Assembly: GCA_963735805.1 (NCBI GenBank)
Contig: CAVTMK010000002.1
Coordinates: forward strand, 992,001-1,056,000
From: an uncultured Verrucomicrobiae bacterium
GTDB taxonomy: Bacteria; Verrucomicrobiota; Verrucomicrobiia; Chthoniobacterales; UBA10450
Direction of reading: 5' to 3'
DNA length: 64,000 nucleotides
Shown here: one piece after another, positions 36,717 through 46,439 of the stretch
Layout of the letters: the number at the start of each line of letters is the position of its first letter
Numbering within the stretch: the first letter of the stretch is position 1
Translations under genes and position numbers: made by a program
The notes under the pieces: generated by a model
Database searches by the model: none
The model's input: the letters and a program-made list of their open reading frames with translations, nothing else
What the model was told of the DNA's origin: nothing

Positions 36717-38090
36717 TTAGTCAACAAATTTTCCTGGATTCAAAATCCCGTTTGGATCGAGGGTTTGTTTGAGTTGTCGATGCAACTCGCGTGCCACGTC
36801 GCCCGTTGCATGCGGCCACCAGCGCTTTTTGGCCAAACCGATCCCGTGTTCACCTGTGATTACGCCATCCCATGCCAGCACTTGTGCGAAGAGATCGTCC
36901 AGGGCGCGCTCGACTTTTTCACGCACTGTTATGTCGCGATTGTAACGGTCGGCCATGATGTTGACGTGAATGTTGCCATCGCCGGCGTGACCGAAGCAGG
37001 CGATCGGAAATCCATATTTAGTCTGAAGCGTCTCCGCAAATTCCATCAAATCGACCAGGTGACTGCGCGGCACAACTACGTCTTCGTTTAGCTTTGTTAG
37101 CCCGGTCGCGCGCAGTGAATTGCTGAATTGCCGACGCAGGGCCCAGAGCTTTTCACAATCGGCCTCACCGATCGCCATCTCCACCGCATTAGGTTTTCTC
37201 GTTTCGAGCAATTCACGAATAGCCGTGGATTCACTTCGAACACTTTCCTCCTGTCCATCGAGATCGACCAGCAGGTGTGCGTTTCCCGCGGGCACAAGCA
37301 TTTTGCCGAGATCGCGCCGCGCTGCTTCCAATGTGAAGTGATCGGCGATTTCCAGTGAGGAGGGCAAAAACCCCGCCGCAAAGATCGCCTGCACGGCTTC
37401 GGCAGCTTGCGCCGCAGTAGCAAACGCAGCCGACAAAGTTGCGCGCGCCGGTGGAAGCGGAAGCAAACGCAGGATGATCTCGGTCACAACGCCGAGCAGT
37501 CCTTCCGAGCCAACGAAGAGACCGATCAGATCGAACCCCGTCTTGTTCTTGTGCACACGACCGCCGGTTCGCAGGACTTCGCCATCGGCCAGTACCACTT
37601 CCAGGCCGATTGCGTAATTTCGGGTGACACCGTATTTCAAACAACGCGGACCACCCGCGTTCGTGGCGATATTTCCGCCGATGGTGCAATTCTTCATGCT
37701 GGCAGGGTCCGGCGGATAAAATAGCTTTTGTGCACGCACAGCCGCTTTCAGGTCAGCGGTAAAGACTCCCGGTTCAACAATTGCGACCGCGTCGGAGAAG
37801 CTGATTTCCTTGATCCGATTCATCCGCGAGAGCGACAGAGCAATTCCGCCGTGTGCCGGCACGCATCCGCCCACGTACCCATAGCCGCCGCCGCGCGCTG
37901 TCACCGGAATTTTTTTGCGCGATGCAAATTGAAGTAGTTTGCTGACGTCACCGGTCGATCCTGCAAAGACGACGGCATCAGGTTCATGGGCTGCAAACCA
38001 TTTATCGCCGCTGTGGGCTGCGACGGTTTCAGGATCGTCTGCGACGATTTCGCTGCCTAAAAGTTCCCGAAGTTCGGAAGCAACTTCCAT
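36717..38090 (-). CDS. FAD-linked oxidase, GlcD/D-lactate dehydrogenase-like
   Basis: YPPDPAS, IGGNIATNAGG, GSEGLLG, GHAGDGNIH, GEHGIG, LNPGK. Confidence 0.93.
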   Translation of the reverse strand: MEVASELRELLGSEIVADDPETVAAHSGDKWFAAHEPDAVVFAGSTGDVSKLLQFASRKKIPVTARGGGYGYVGGCVPAHGGIALSLSRMNRIKEISFSDAVAIVEPGVFTADLKAAVRAQKLFYPPDPASMKNCTIGGNIATNAGGPRCLKYGVTRNYAIGLEVVLADGEVLRTGGRVHKNKTGFDLIGLFVGSEGLLGVVTEIILRLLPLPPARATLSAAFATAAQAAEAVQAIFAAGFLPSSLEIADHFTLEAARRDLGKMLVPAGNAHLLVDLDGQEESVRSESTAIRELLETRKPNAVEMAIGEADCEKLWALRRQFSNSLRATGLTKLNEDVVVPRSHLVDLMEFAETLQTKYGFPIACFGHAGDGNIHVNIMADRYNRDITVREKVERALDDLFAQVLAWDGVITGEHGIGLAKKRWWPHATGDVARELHRQLKQTLDPNGILNPGKFVD

Positions 38091-38114
38091 AAGGACTAAC
38101 GTGGCGCGCCTGAG

Positions 38115-38172
38115 TTGTAGGGCAAGCGCGCTGCCAATCGAAACGATGGCAGGCGACGTGCCTAGCCTACAA
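38115..38172. repeat. Degenerate REP/REPIN-like inverted element
   Basis: TTGTAGG...CCTACAA termini with an inner CTGCCA...TGGCAG stem; the GTAG ends are REP-like. Confidence 0.45.
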
Positions 38173-38481
38173 TTCCCGAGCGATTGCGAGTCGATAATGC
38201 CGAGCCGGATCCATCCGCGTAAGAAGCTTTTCGACTCCCGGAAAAATCACGGGCTTGGTTTCATCAGAGCCGGCGAATTCTTTCACGGCATCCATTGAAT
38301 CGAATCGAAGTAATGTGACGAATTCCATTTCATCGCCATCTTCGCGGATGAACAATTCTGCGCCGCGATAGCCTTTGATCTTTCGTCCAGTAATGCTTGG
38401 GAAAATTTCGTCGCGCAGCATATTCTCGTAGGGCTTTGCGTCGACTCGTTTCGTCCAGCCACGCCAGATCCGTGCGATCAT
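38167..38481 (-). CDS. Antibiotic biosynthesis monooxygenase-like (dimeric alpha+beta barrel) protein
   Basis: MIARIWRGWT...GYRG...EFVTLLRFDSMDAVKEFAG. Confidence 0.8.
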   Translation of the reverse strand: MIARIWRGWTKRVDAKPYENMLRDEIFPSITGRKIKGYRGAELFIREDGDEMEFVTLLRFDSMDAVKEFAGSDETKPVIFPGVEKLLTRMDPARHYRLAIAREL

Positions 38482-38565
38482 TGGATCATTACAACGGTAA
38501 GGCGCGACCGCCGGGCGCGCCGCTCCAAAATTCCACGATGAATAAGAATAGAACCAAAACTCTAA

Positions 38566-39342
38566 CTACATTCCCATTATCTGATAGCCACCATCGACGA
38601 AAATGACCTGGCCGCTAATGGCCGCAGCGGCGTCACTCGCGAGAAAAACCCCGGTGGCGCCCAGCTCAGCTGGATCACAACTGCGTTTCAAGGGCGCGCG
38701 TTCTTGATAATGTTTCAGCATCGACGTGAATCCGCTGATGCCACGCGCGGCCAGTGTCTGGACCGGTCCGGCAGAAATGCAGTTTACCCGGATTTTTTTT
38801 GGGCCGAGATCGTAGGCGAGATAACGTGCGCTGGCTTCAAGGCTGGCCTTGGCAACGCCCATGACATTGTAATGTGGCACGACTTTTTCCGAGCCATAGT
38901 AAGTCATCGCGACGATGCTGCCTCCGTTTGTCATTAGAGGCGCCACTTCGCGCGACAGCGCTACCAGCGAGTAGGCACTAATATCGTGCGCCGCGCGAAA
39001 CGCTTCGCGTGTTGTGCTTACAAAATCGCCTTCCAACGCTTCTCGTGGTGCGAACGCGAGGGAGTGAAGCATCAAATCGACGCGATCTGTGTTTCCGCGC
39101 ACGTTTTCGAAGAATGTTTTGATCTCATTGTCGCTTGAAACGTCGCAGGGAAACAACGGAGTATTCTCCCCGAACTCGCCGATGAGTTCCTCGACGTTTT
39201 CCTTCAATCGGTCGCCTTGATAATTAAAAATCAAGCGCGCACCCGCTGCGGCCCATGCCTTTGCGATTGCCCATGCGATGCTACGCTTGTTTGCCACCCC
39301 GAAGACCAGGCCAACTTTTCCTCCCAAAACTTGCTGTGTCAT
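38566..39342 (-). CDS. fabI: Enoyl-ACP reductase
   Basis: GVANKRSIAWAIA, DISAYSL, YNVMGVAKASLE, ISAGPVQTLAA. Confidence 0.96.
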   Translation of the reverse strand: MTQQVLGGKVGLVFGVANKRSIAWAIAKAWAAAGARLIFNYQGDRLKENVEELIGEFGENTPLFPCDVSSDNEIKTFFENVRGNTDRVDLMLHSLAFAPREALEGDFVSTTREAFRAAHDISAYSLVALSREVAPLMTNGGSIVAMTYYGSEKVVPHYNVMGVAKASLEASARYLAYDLGPKKIRVNCISAGPVQTLAARGISGFTSMLKHYQERAPLKRSCDPAELGATGVFLASDAAAAISGQVIFVDGGYQIMGM

Positions 39343-39410
39343 AAGTCCGTGCACGATACCTGCATTTCCGACATCGCAAAGATGCAGGCCTTAGCTAAAT
39401 TCTGCTGCCT

Positions 39411-42230
39411 ATGACTATTCGATGTCGCTTTTCCTGCGGGATGTTTGCTTGGATTTCGTCGATTTCGATTTTGACGGCACAAGAGCACACGCCGTCAGGC
39501 GTTACCCCGATCGCTAGCCAATCGCCTGCGCCTTCGTCTTCCGCAAGCGCACTTTTGTCTTCTTCGGTGACACCGACTCCTTCATCCACTCCGCCCCAGC
39601 TAACCGATGTCCTCTTCAAGAATTTGAAAGCGCGCTCGATTGGACCGGCAGTGATGGGTGGTCGGGTCTCGGACATCGCAATTGATCCACGGAATCCATT
39701 TATTTTTTATGTCGGCCTCGGACACGGCGGCGTTTTCAAAACAAACGATAATGGCATTAGTTTCGATCCAATTTTCGATAAGCAATCGATGCTCTCCATT
39801 GGTGCCGTTGCCGTTGCGCCATCCGATTCTGACGTGGTTTGGGTGGGAACCGGCGAGGCCAACGATCGGAATTCCTGTGATTGGGGCGACGGCGTTTATC
39901 GATCTACCGATGGCGGGGAGAAGTGGCAAAATATCGGTCTGAAAAACAGTCGCACCATCGCGCGCATTGTTGTCGATCCCAAGAAGCCGGACGTCGCTTA
40001 TGTAGCCGCAATGGGCAATTTGTGGGCGGACGGCGGGGAACGCGGCTTGTTCAAGACTACTGATGCAGGCAAAACATGGAAACTTGTTCTGAAAGCCGCT
40101 GCTCCACACGACGCGCGCACTGGATGTGGCGACGTTACGATCGATCCAACGAATGCAGAAACTGTTTACGCTGCGCTTTATGCGCGGCAACGGACGCCAT
40201 GGAGTTTCGCTTCCGGTCCCAGCGTGACTGGCGGTGAAGATGTGGGCGGAATTTTCAAGAGCACCGACGGTGGCACCACGTGGAAGAAACTTGGCGGCGG
40301 TTTGCCCGCTCAAACCGGTCGGATTGGCGTGGCAATAAGCCTTAGCAATCCAAAAGTGGTCATGGCAGTCGTGCAGAGTTATGAAGGTGGATTTGGAAGG
40401 ATTGATGACCTGCGCAGCAAGACGGGGGGCGTTTTTCGATCCGAAGATGGAGGCGAAAAATGGACGCGAATGAGCGCCGTGGATCCGCGTCCATTTTATT
40501 TCAGTCAGATTCGCATCGATCCTGCCAACGATCAGCGCGTTTATATTCTGGGTTTCGCACTGTTGGTGTCTGATGATGGAGGCAAGAATTTTCGCGAAGA
40601 TCTAAGCGAAAAAGTTCATCCAGACTGTCACGCATTCGTCATTCAGCCTGGTACGACACCTCCGCCGAAGCCGCCCAAGCCGGGAGATAAAGACAAGCCT
40701 TCGAAGCCGCCGGTTTGCCAGCGTTTACTGCTGGGTACGGACGGCGGTGTGTATCAGAGTTTTGCCGGCGGCAAGAATTGGGATCATCTGAACAAGATTC
40801 CTTCTGGAGAATATTATCGAATTTCGCTCGACGACACGAAGCCGTACTTCCGAATTGCGGGTGGCCTTCAGGACAACGAGAACTGGGTTGGACCGAGTGG
40901 CGTCCAAAGTAAGGAAGGCATTCGCAACTGCGATTGGACGGCGCTAGCCGGCGGGGACGGCTTTTACGTCCTCTTCGATCCAACCGATCGCGACACGTTT
41001 TATGCGGAAAGTCAGCAGGGCGAAGTTCATCGGATCAATTTGCGAAATGGCGAAATACGCCGCTTGCGTCCGGAGCCGGCCGAAGGTCAGCCTCGCTATC
41101 GCTTTCATTGGAATTCACCAATGATGATGAGCCGACATAACCCAGGAGTGATTTACCTTGGCGGCAACTGTGTCTTCAAACTGACCGACCGGATGGAAAA
41201 ATATTCCGTGATCAGTCCGGACCTCACGTACAACGATCCAACCAAAACAAATGCCACCGGAAGTGGCGCGGAGAATTACGGCGTCGTCTTTTCGCTTGCT
41301 GAGTCGCCGAAGCGGGGTGGGCTTTTGTGGGCGGGGACGGACGACGGGCGGCTTTGGATCACAGAGAATGACGGGGGCAAATGGACTGAGTTGACGAGTA
41401 ATTTGCCGGAGTCGGCGCGCGGTCAATGGATTGTACATATTGAACCGTCCAATATCGATGGCAACGTCGCATACGTTGCGACCAATGGGTATCGCTCCGG
41501 AAACGATAGTCCCTTGATTTTGCGTACCGCTGATCTGGGCAAAACATGGCAATCCGTGACTGGTGATCTGCCGCAAGGGGATCCTGTTGAGGTTGTGCGC
41601 GAGGATCCAGTTAATCCAAAATTACTCTACGCGGGCACGCACTTCGGAGTGTTCGCGTCGTTCGATCAAGGCGCGCATTGGGTGCGCATCGGCGATGTTC
41701 CTTCGGTCCGCGTGGATGACATCCAAATTCATCCCCGCACATCGGACCTTGTAATGGCAACTCATGGTCGCAGCATCGCCATTCTGGACGACACCATCCC
41801 ATTTCGTGAATTCACGCCGGAGATTGCAGGCAAGCCAGCCCAATTGTTTAGCGTTCGTTCCGTGACCGGCGCTTATCTTCAACCGGGATTTGTTGATTCG
41901 AACGGCAAAGGGATTTATCGCGGCCAAAATCCGCCCGAGGGGGCTTTATTCACAGTCTGGGTGCGAGAGTTTACCGGAGACGAAATTAAAATCGTTGTGA
42001 CAAAATCAAACGGACAGCCCGTGGCGAATCTGAAGGCGCCGGGCGCACCAGGTTTTACTCGATTGACATGGGACCTTCGGCCAACCAAAGACGTGATTGC
42101 CGAGTATGGTGGTGACGATCCCAAGCGCCTTCTACCAGCCGGAGATTACGCAGCGGAGTTAACTTTCGGTACAACGAAGGTGAAACAGACGTTTCACGTT
42201 GATCTTGCCGAGGGAATCACTCCGCGCTAA
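39411..42230 (+). CDS. Secreted VPS10/BNR-repeat beta-propeller (glycosyl hydrolase-like)
   Basis: RSIGPAVMGGRV and many (S/T)xDGGxxW Asp-box repeats. Confidence 0.9.
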   Translation: MTIRCRFSCGMFAWISSISILTAQEHTPSGVTPIASQSPAPSSSASALLSSSVTPTPSSTPPQLTDVLFKNLKARSIGPAVMGGRVSDIAIDPRNPFIFYVGLGHGGVFKTNDNGISFDPIFDKQSMLSIGAVAVAPSDSDVVWVGTGEANDRNSCDWGDGVYRSTDGGEKWQNIGLKNSRTIARIVVDPKKPDVAYVAAMGNLWADGGERGLFKTTDAGKTWKLVLKAAAPHDARTGCGDVTIDPTNAETVYAALYARQRTPWSFASGPSVTGGEDVGGIFKSTDGGTTWKKLGGGLPAQTGRIGVAISLSNPKVVMAVVQSYEGGFGRIDDLRSKTGGVFRSEDGGEKWTRMSAVDPRPFYFSQIRIDPANDQRVYILGFALLVSDDGGKNFREDLSEKVHPDCHAFVIQPGTTPPPKPPKPGDKDKPSKPPVCQRLLLGTDGGVYQSFAGGKNWDHLNKIPSGEYYRISLDDTKPYFRIAGGLQDNENWVGPSGVQSKEGIRNCDWTALAGGDGFYVLFDPTDRDTFYAESQQGEVHRINLRNGEIRRLRPEPAEGQPRYRFHWNSPMMMSRHNPGVIYLGGNCVFKLTDRMEKYSVISPDLTYNDPTKTNATGSGAENYGVVFSLAESPKRGGLLWAGTDDGRLWITENDGGKWTELTSNLPESARGQWIVHIEPSNIDGNVAYVATNGYRSGNDSPLILRTADLGKTWQSVTGDLPQGDPVEVVREDPVNPKLLYAGTHFGVFASFDQGAHWVRIGDVPSVRVDDIQIHPRTSDLVMATHGRSIAILDDTIPFREFTPEIAGKPAQLFSVRSVTGAYLQPGFVDSNGKGIYRGQNPPEGALFTVWVREFTGDEIKIVVTKSNGQPVANLKAPGAPGFTRLTWDLRPTKDVIAEYGGDDPKRLLPAGDYAAELTFGTTKVKQTFHVDLAEGITPR

Positions 42231-42240
42231 GGCGCGAACC

Positions 42241-42852
42241 ATGCCTGCTATCGGAATCACGGGCGGAATTTCCACGGGCAAAAGCACATTTTGTAACTCC
42301 CTTCGCGAGTTTGTGCCGACAGCGAAATTCTTTGATGCCGATCTGGCAGCGCGGTCGCTTGCGGAACTTCCGGAGATAAAACACGAAATTCTTGGCGAAT
42401 TTGGCAACGGGGTCTTTTCACCGACCGGGGACTTGAATCGAACGAAACTTCGGGCGATAGTATTTATAGACGCGGCCAAGAGACGCGCGCTCGAACAAAT
42501 TCTTCACCCTCGGATTCGTCGCCAGTGGATGGCGGAAGCGAAAAAGCATCGTAATTCTCCCGATTTTTTCTTTGCTGACATTCCACTTCTTTATGAGACC
42601 GGTGGTGAAAGATGGTGCGAACGAGTGGTTGTGGTCGCCTGCTCGCGAAAGGTGCAGTTAGACCGGTTGGCGAAGCGAACATCTCTCAAAGGCTCGGAAG
42701 CCGAACAAATGCTGAACTCACAAATGCCACTCGAGGAAAAAATTAAGCGTGCGAACCAGGTCGTTTGGAATAACGGCGATCGTGGGACCCTGCTGGAGCA
42801 AGCGAAGAAGCTCGTGGGGTTTTGGCAAGAGCAATCATGGACGAAAACCTAA
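42241..42852 (+). CDS. coaE: Dephospho-CoA kinase
   Basis: IGITGGISTGKST, LEQILHPRI, DIPLLYE. Confidence 0.95.
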   Translation: MPAIGITGGISTGKSTFCNSLREFVPTAKFFDADLAARSLAELPEIKHEILGEFGNGVFSPTGDLNRTKLRAIVFIDAAKRRALEQILHPRIRRQWMAEAKKHRNSPDFFFADIPLLYETGGERWCERVVVVACSRKVQLDRLAKRTSLKGSEAEQMLNSQMPLEEKIKRANQVVWNNGDRGTLLEQAKKLVGFWQEQSWTKT

Positions 42853-44225
42853 CGAAGCAGATTGCGCAGGGTGTCGACGTTGCTGCGGAAGAGGAGAGGG
42901 AAGGGCGATCTTCAAATTCCGGCGACGATTTACAAGCTACGGCACCTCGCACTAAGCGGGCCAGCGCGCGCCCGCTCGATTTAAACCAGCTCCAAGAGTC
43001 TTCGGGTGAAGAGATGGAGGCATCAGCACGCGAATGGGAGGTATATCTGCATCCCGCACGCTCGCGGCATCAGCACATTCTTGATATCATTCGGGCGGCA
43101 TTAGCCAGTGGCGACACTGTTACCGTGGAAGGTTTTCTGGACCAGTTGGGCGATTCCTTTGCCATGTTGCGCTGGCCAAAATTGAACTTTCTGCCCGTTC
43201 CAGAGGATGTTTGCGTAGCTCGCGCCCTCATTGAGCAACACCATTTGCGCCCCGGACAAAAGATTGCGGGAACCGTGCAATTACCAGGCCAGCGCGGCAA
43301 GTTTCTGTCTCTTGAGAAGGTAACAAGAATTGAGGGGAAGGCAGCTGAGGAATGGACGGAAATCACCGACTTTGAGAAGCTAACTCCGCAATTTCCGCAG
43401 GGCAGGATCATTCTGGAAAATCCCAAAACGGATTCCATTACCGTGCGGGCCGTGGATTTGCTGGCGCCGTTGGGCCACGGGCAACGCGGGCTTATCGTGG
43501 CGCCCCCGCGAGTAGGCAAGACCATTTTGTTAAAGGAGATCGCCAAAGCGATCCGAGTGAACCATCCTGACATCGTTCTCATATTGCTTTTGGTCGACGA
43601 GCGACCGGAAGAAGTGACGGACCTGGAGCGGGAGGTCGACTGCCAGATTTATCATTCGAACTTTGACGAAAGCGTGCAGCGACATGTGCAAGTCGCAGAG
43701 ATGGTCATGGAACGCGCCAAACGCCTCGTGGAAATGAAACACGACGTGGTGCTCTTACTTGACAGTATCACGCGTCTTTCGCGCGGGTACAACAATTTGC
43801 AGTCGGGCAGGGGACGAATCATGTCCGGAGGCGTAGAGGCCAAGGCGCTGACTAAGCCAAAGAAATTTTTCGGTTCGGCGCGAAATGTGGAAGAAGGCGG
43901 CAGTCTCACTGTGCTCGCGACGGCTTTGACCGAAACCGGCAGTCGAATGGATGAATTAATTTTCGAAGAGTTTAAGGGCACTGGCAATATGGAGTTGCAC
44001 CTTGATCGTGCCCTACAGGAGAAACGGCTCTACCCGGCAATCCACCCGATGCTCTCAGCGACCCGGCGCGAGGAATTGCTCTATCATCCCGATGAATGGG
44101 AACGCGTCCTGATGTTGCGCAAGACGATGGCATCGCTTCCGCCTCTCGAAGCGATGGAGAAGCTGATCGATAATCTGAATGCCACCAAAACCAACGCTGA
44201 ATTGCTATTGAGCGGATTGCGCTGA
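42837..44225 (+). CDS. rho: Transcription termination factor Rho
   Basis: [43 protein letters not shown]. Confidence 0.95.
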   Translation: MDENLTKQIAQGVDVAAEEEREGRSSNSGDDLQATAPRTKRASARPLDLNQLQESSGEEMEASAREWEVYLHPARSRHQHILDIIRAALASGDTVTVEGFLDQLGDSFAMLRWPKLNFLPVPEDVCVARALIEQHHLRPGQKIAGTVQLPGQRGKFLSLEKVTRIEGKAAEEWTEITDFEKLTPQFPQGRIILENPKTDSITVRAVDLLAPLGHGQRGLIVAPPRVGKTILLKEIAKAIRVNHPDIVLILLLVDERPEEVTDLEREVDCQIYHSNFDESVQRHVQVAEMVMERAKRLVEMKHDVVLLLDSITRLSRGYNNLQSGRGRIMSGGVEAKALTKPKKFFGSARNVEEGGSLTVLATALTETGSRMDELIFEEFKGTGNMELHLDRALQEKRLYPAIHPMLSATRREELLYHPDEWERVLMLRKTMASLPPLEAMEKLIDNLNATKTNAELLLSGLR

Positions 44226-44233
44226 CGCGAAAT

Positions 44234-45379
44234 GTGATTACGGGCGCCGCGGAACTCGCAAAATTAATTGAGCAAATCGAATCTGCCGACCGGGTAGCAG
44301 TCGATACTGAAGCAGACAGTCTGCATTCATATCGGGAAAAGCTTTGTCTGCTCCAGATCAGCGTCCCGGTGGCGGGCAGGACCGCCGGTAATGATGTGAA
44401 ACAAGATCTGGTGCCAGCTGAGTCTACGCCGGCTGTTCGCGATTGTATGGTCGACCCGCTGGCTAATATCGATCTACAGCCGTTTCGCCGGGTATTGGAA
44501 ACCAAGGAGATTGTTTTACATGGCGCCGACTACGATCTGCGAATGCTGCGCCGCGGTTTGAACCTCGTGGCGAGTAGACTCTTCGACACTATGATTGCAG
44601 CCCGTTTACTTGGCATTCGCGAATTTAGCCTCGCTGCATTGATTAAACGTTACTTCGGCCTCGCGCTCGTGAAGGGTTCGCAAAAGGCGAACTGGGCACA
44701 ACGACCGTTGCCTGCACGCATGGCTGAATACGCGATTAATGACGTTCATTATTTGCTTCCCCTTGCTGAGAAATTGGAAGCGGAATTGGATCGTTGTGAA
44801 CGCCGGGATTGGCTCCGCCAATCATGTCAGCGGGCAATCGAGCAGGCATCTGTGGCGCGTGTCCGTAGCCAGGACGACCTTTGGCGTATTCGTGGGTCTG
44901 GCTCTCTGCGTGGGCGCGCGGCTGCGGTACTTCGCGCGCTTTGGCAATGGCGCGAAACAGAAGCAGAAATGGTAGATCGTCCGCCATTCCACATTTTGCA
45001 GAATCACGATCTCCTAAAGGCTTCGGTGAACTTCGCTTCGGGAAGCGTTCCCGACTATAGACATTTTTCCCACCGCCGGCGTCAAGCCTTTCTCGAAGCA
45101 GCGCAAAGCGGACTGCAGACGCCCGAATCGGAATGGCCAGTGTCGCGCCGGCGCTTTGGAACCCGACCGAGCGCTGAGACAATCCAAGGCGCGGACGAAC
45201 TGCGGCGCCGACGCGACAAATCTGCTGACGAGTGCGGGCTGGAGCCATCATTTGTTGCGGCGCGGAGCACGCTCGAGGCGATTGGCGCGGATCACACACG
45301 AGCAATGGCATTGCTGGTTCCGTGGCAATGTGAGCTGCTTGGTCTCTCCATTTCCACAAAAACGCCTACAAATACATAG
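44234..45379 (+). CDS. rnd: Ribonuclease D-like 3'-5' exonuclease with HRDC domain
   Basis: AVDTEAD, HGADYD, FDTMIAA, YAINDV (DEDDy), and HRDC-like LWQWRE...DRPPFHIL. Confidence 0.85.
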   Translation: MITGAAELAKLIEQIESADRVAVDTEADSLHSYREKLCLLQISVPVAGRTAGNDVKQDLVPAESTPAVRDCMVDPLANIDLQPFRRVLETKEIVLHGADYDLRMLRRGLNLVASRLFDTMIAARLLGIREFSLAALIKRYFGLALVKGSQKANWAQRPLPARMAEYAINDVHYLLPLAEKLEAELDRCERRDWLRQSCQRAIEQASVARVRSQDDLWRIRGSGSLRGRAAAVLRALWQWRETEAEMVDRPPFHILQNHDLLKASVNFASGSVPDYRHFSHRRRQAFLEAAQSGLQTPESEWPVSRRRFGTRPSAETIQGADELRRRRDKSADECGLEPSFVAARSTLEAIGADHTRAMALLVPWQCELLGLSISTKTPTNT

Positions 45380-45589
45380 ACGGTTCTACATGAAATGGAT
45401 AGAACAATGGCTGGGATCGGTTGCCGCCTGGCCATTGCGCCGTTTTGTAAAACGAAAAAGAATTTGAAGGTTTTTCCGAACTTGGCTGTGCCATTTCCGG
45501 ATTAGTACCTTGGAATAGTGTAGAAAATCCTTGACCTAACAAGGTTTAAGCCTCAAAAAAGGCCGCCAGAATTAGGTCTTTCGACCACA

Positions 45590-46429
45590 GTGCGAATGAA
45601 CCGCCAGCTTGGCCTCGTTTTCATAACAGTCACCGCGTCGCTTGCGACGTGGTGTCCGAGTCAATTAAATGCAGCTTCGACGATAGAAGCACGCGTCACG
45701 AGACTAAGAAATCATGTTCAGCTGGAGGATTCCAGGAGCACCCCGCGACAGGCCTCGATGAATGACGTCGTTCATGAAGGGACCGTTGTGCAGACCGGAA
45801 AGGAATCGCGCAGCGAGCTGACCTTTTCCGACGAAACCGTTGTGCGTCTTGCGGCTCAGACTGCAGTTAATTTCAATCACGGTACGCGCGGTTTGAGTCT
45901 CAGCGAGGGCGCCGTGCTGATTCAGGCTCCGAAGGGAGCCCGTGGTGCGACAATTCGCGCGGGCAGTGTCGCAGCAGCAGTGGCCGGAACCACTGTGATG
46001 ATCGAATACCATCCCGGTCTGTACAAGCTTCTGGTGTTGGAAGGCACCGGGCGATTGTATCGCCCTGGGCACCTCGGCGATTCGGTTCTCGTTTCTGCAG
46101 GGCAGATGGTGATCGGTACTCCAGACGCAGCCGTCAGTGAGCCCGTGGACGTAGATATTGACCGTTTCCTGAAGACGAGCGGCCTTATTAAGGATTTTCC
46201 TCCATTGCACAACGAGAAGTCGATCGTTGCAGAGAGTCAGAAGCAGCAGCGCGAGAGATCGAACAAAACTTTGGTCGGCACAAACATGGTCATTTTTGGT
46301 GGTGGCACGCAAGTTTCTGTTACCGATCAGGGCGAGGCTGATACAGTAGATCACAAATCTGCCGCACTGGTGACGCCACCGCATCGGTTGCCCACTTTCA
46401 GTCCTAACGCAGCTCCCGCATTACCGTAG
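45590..46429 (+). CDS. Secreted FecR-domain protein (short)
   Basis: Signal peptide; TGKESRSELTFSDETVVRL...LSEGAVL...AAVAGT FecR pattern. Confidence 0.85.
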   Translation: MRMNRQLGLVFITVTASLATWCPSQLNAASTIEARVTRLRNHVQLEDSRSTPRQASMNDVVHEGTVVQTGKESRSELTFSDETVVRLAAQTAVNFNHGTRGLSLSEGAVLIQAPKGARGATIRAGSVAAAVAGTTVMIEYHPGLYKLLVLEGTGRLYRPGHLGDSVLVSAGQMVIGTPDAAVSEPVDVDIDRFLKTSGLIKDFPPLHNEKSIVAESQKQQRERSNKTLVGTNMVIFGGGTQVSVTDQGEADTVDHKSAALVTPPHRLPTFSPNAAPALP

Positions 46430-46439
46430 TTGTCCAATT

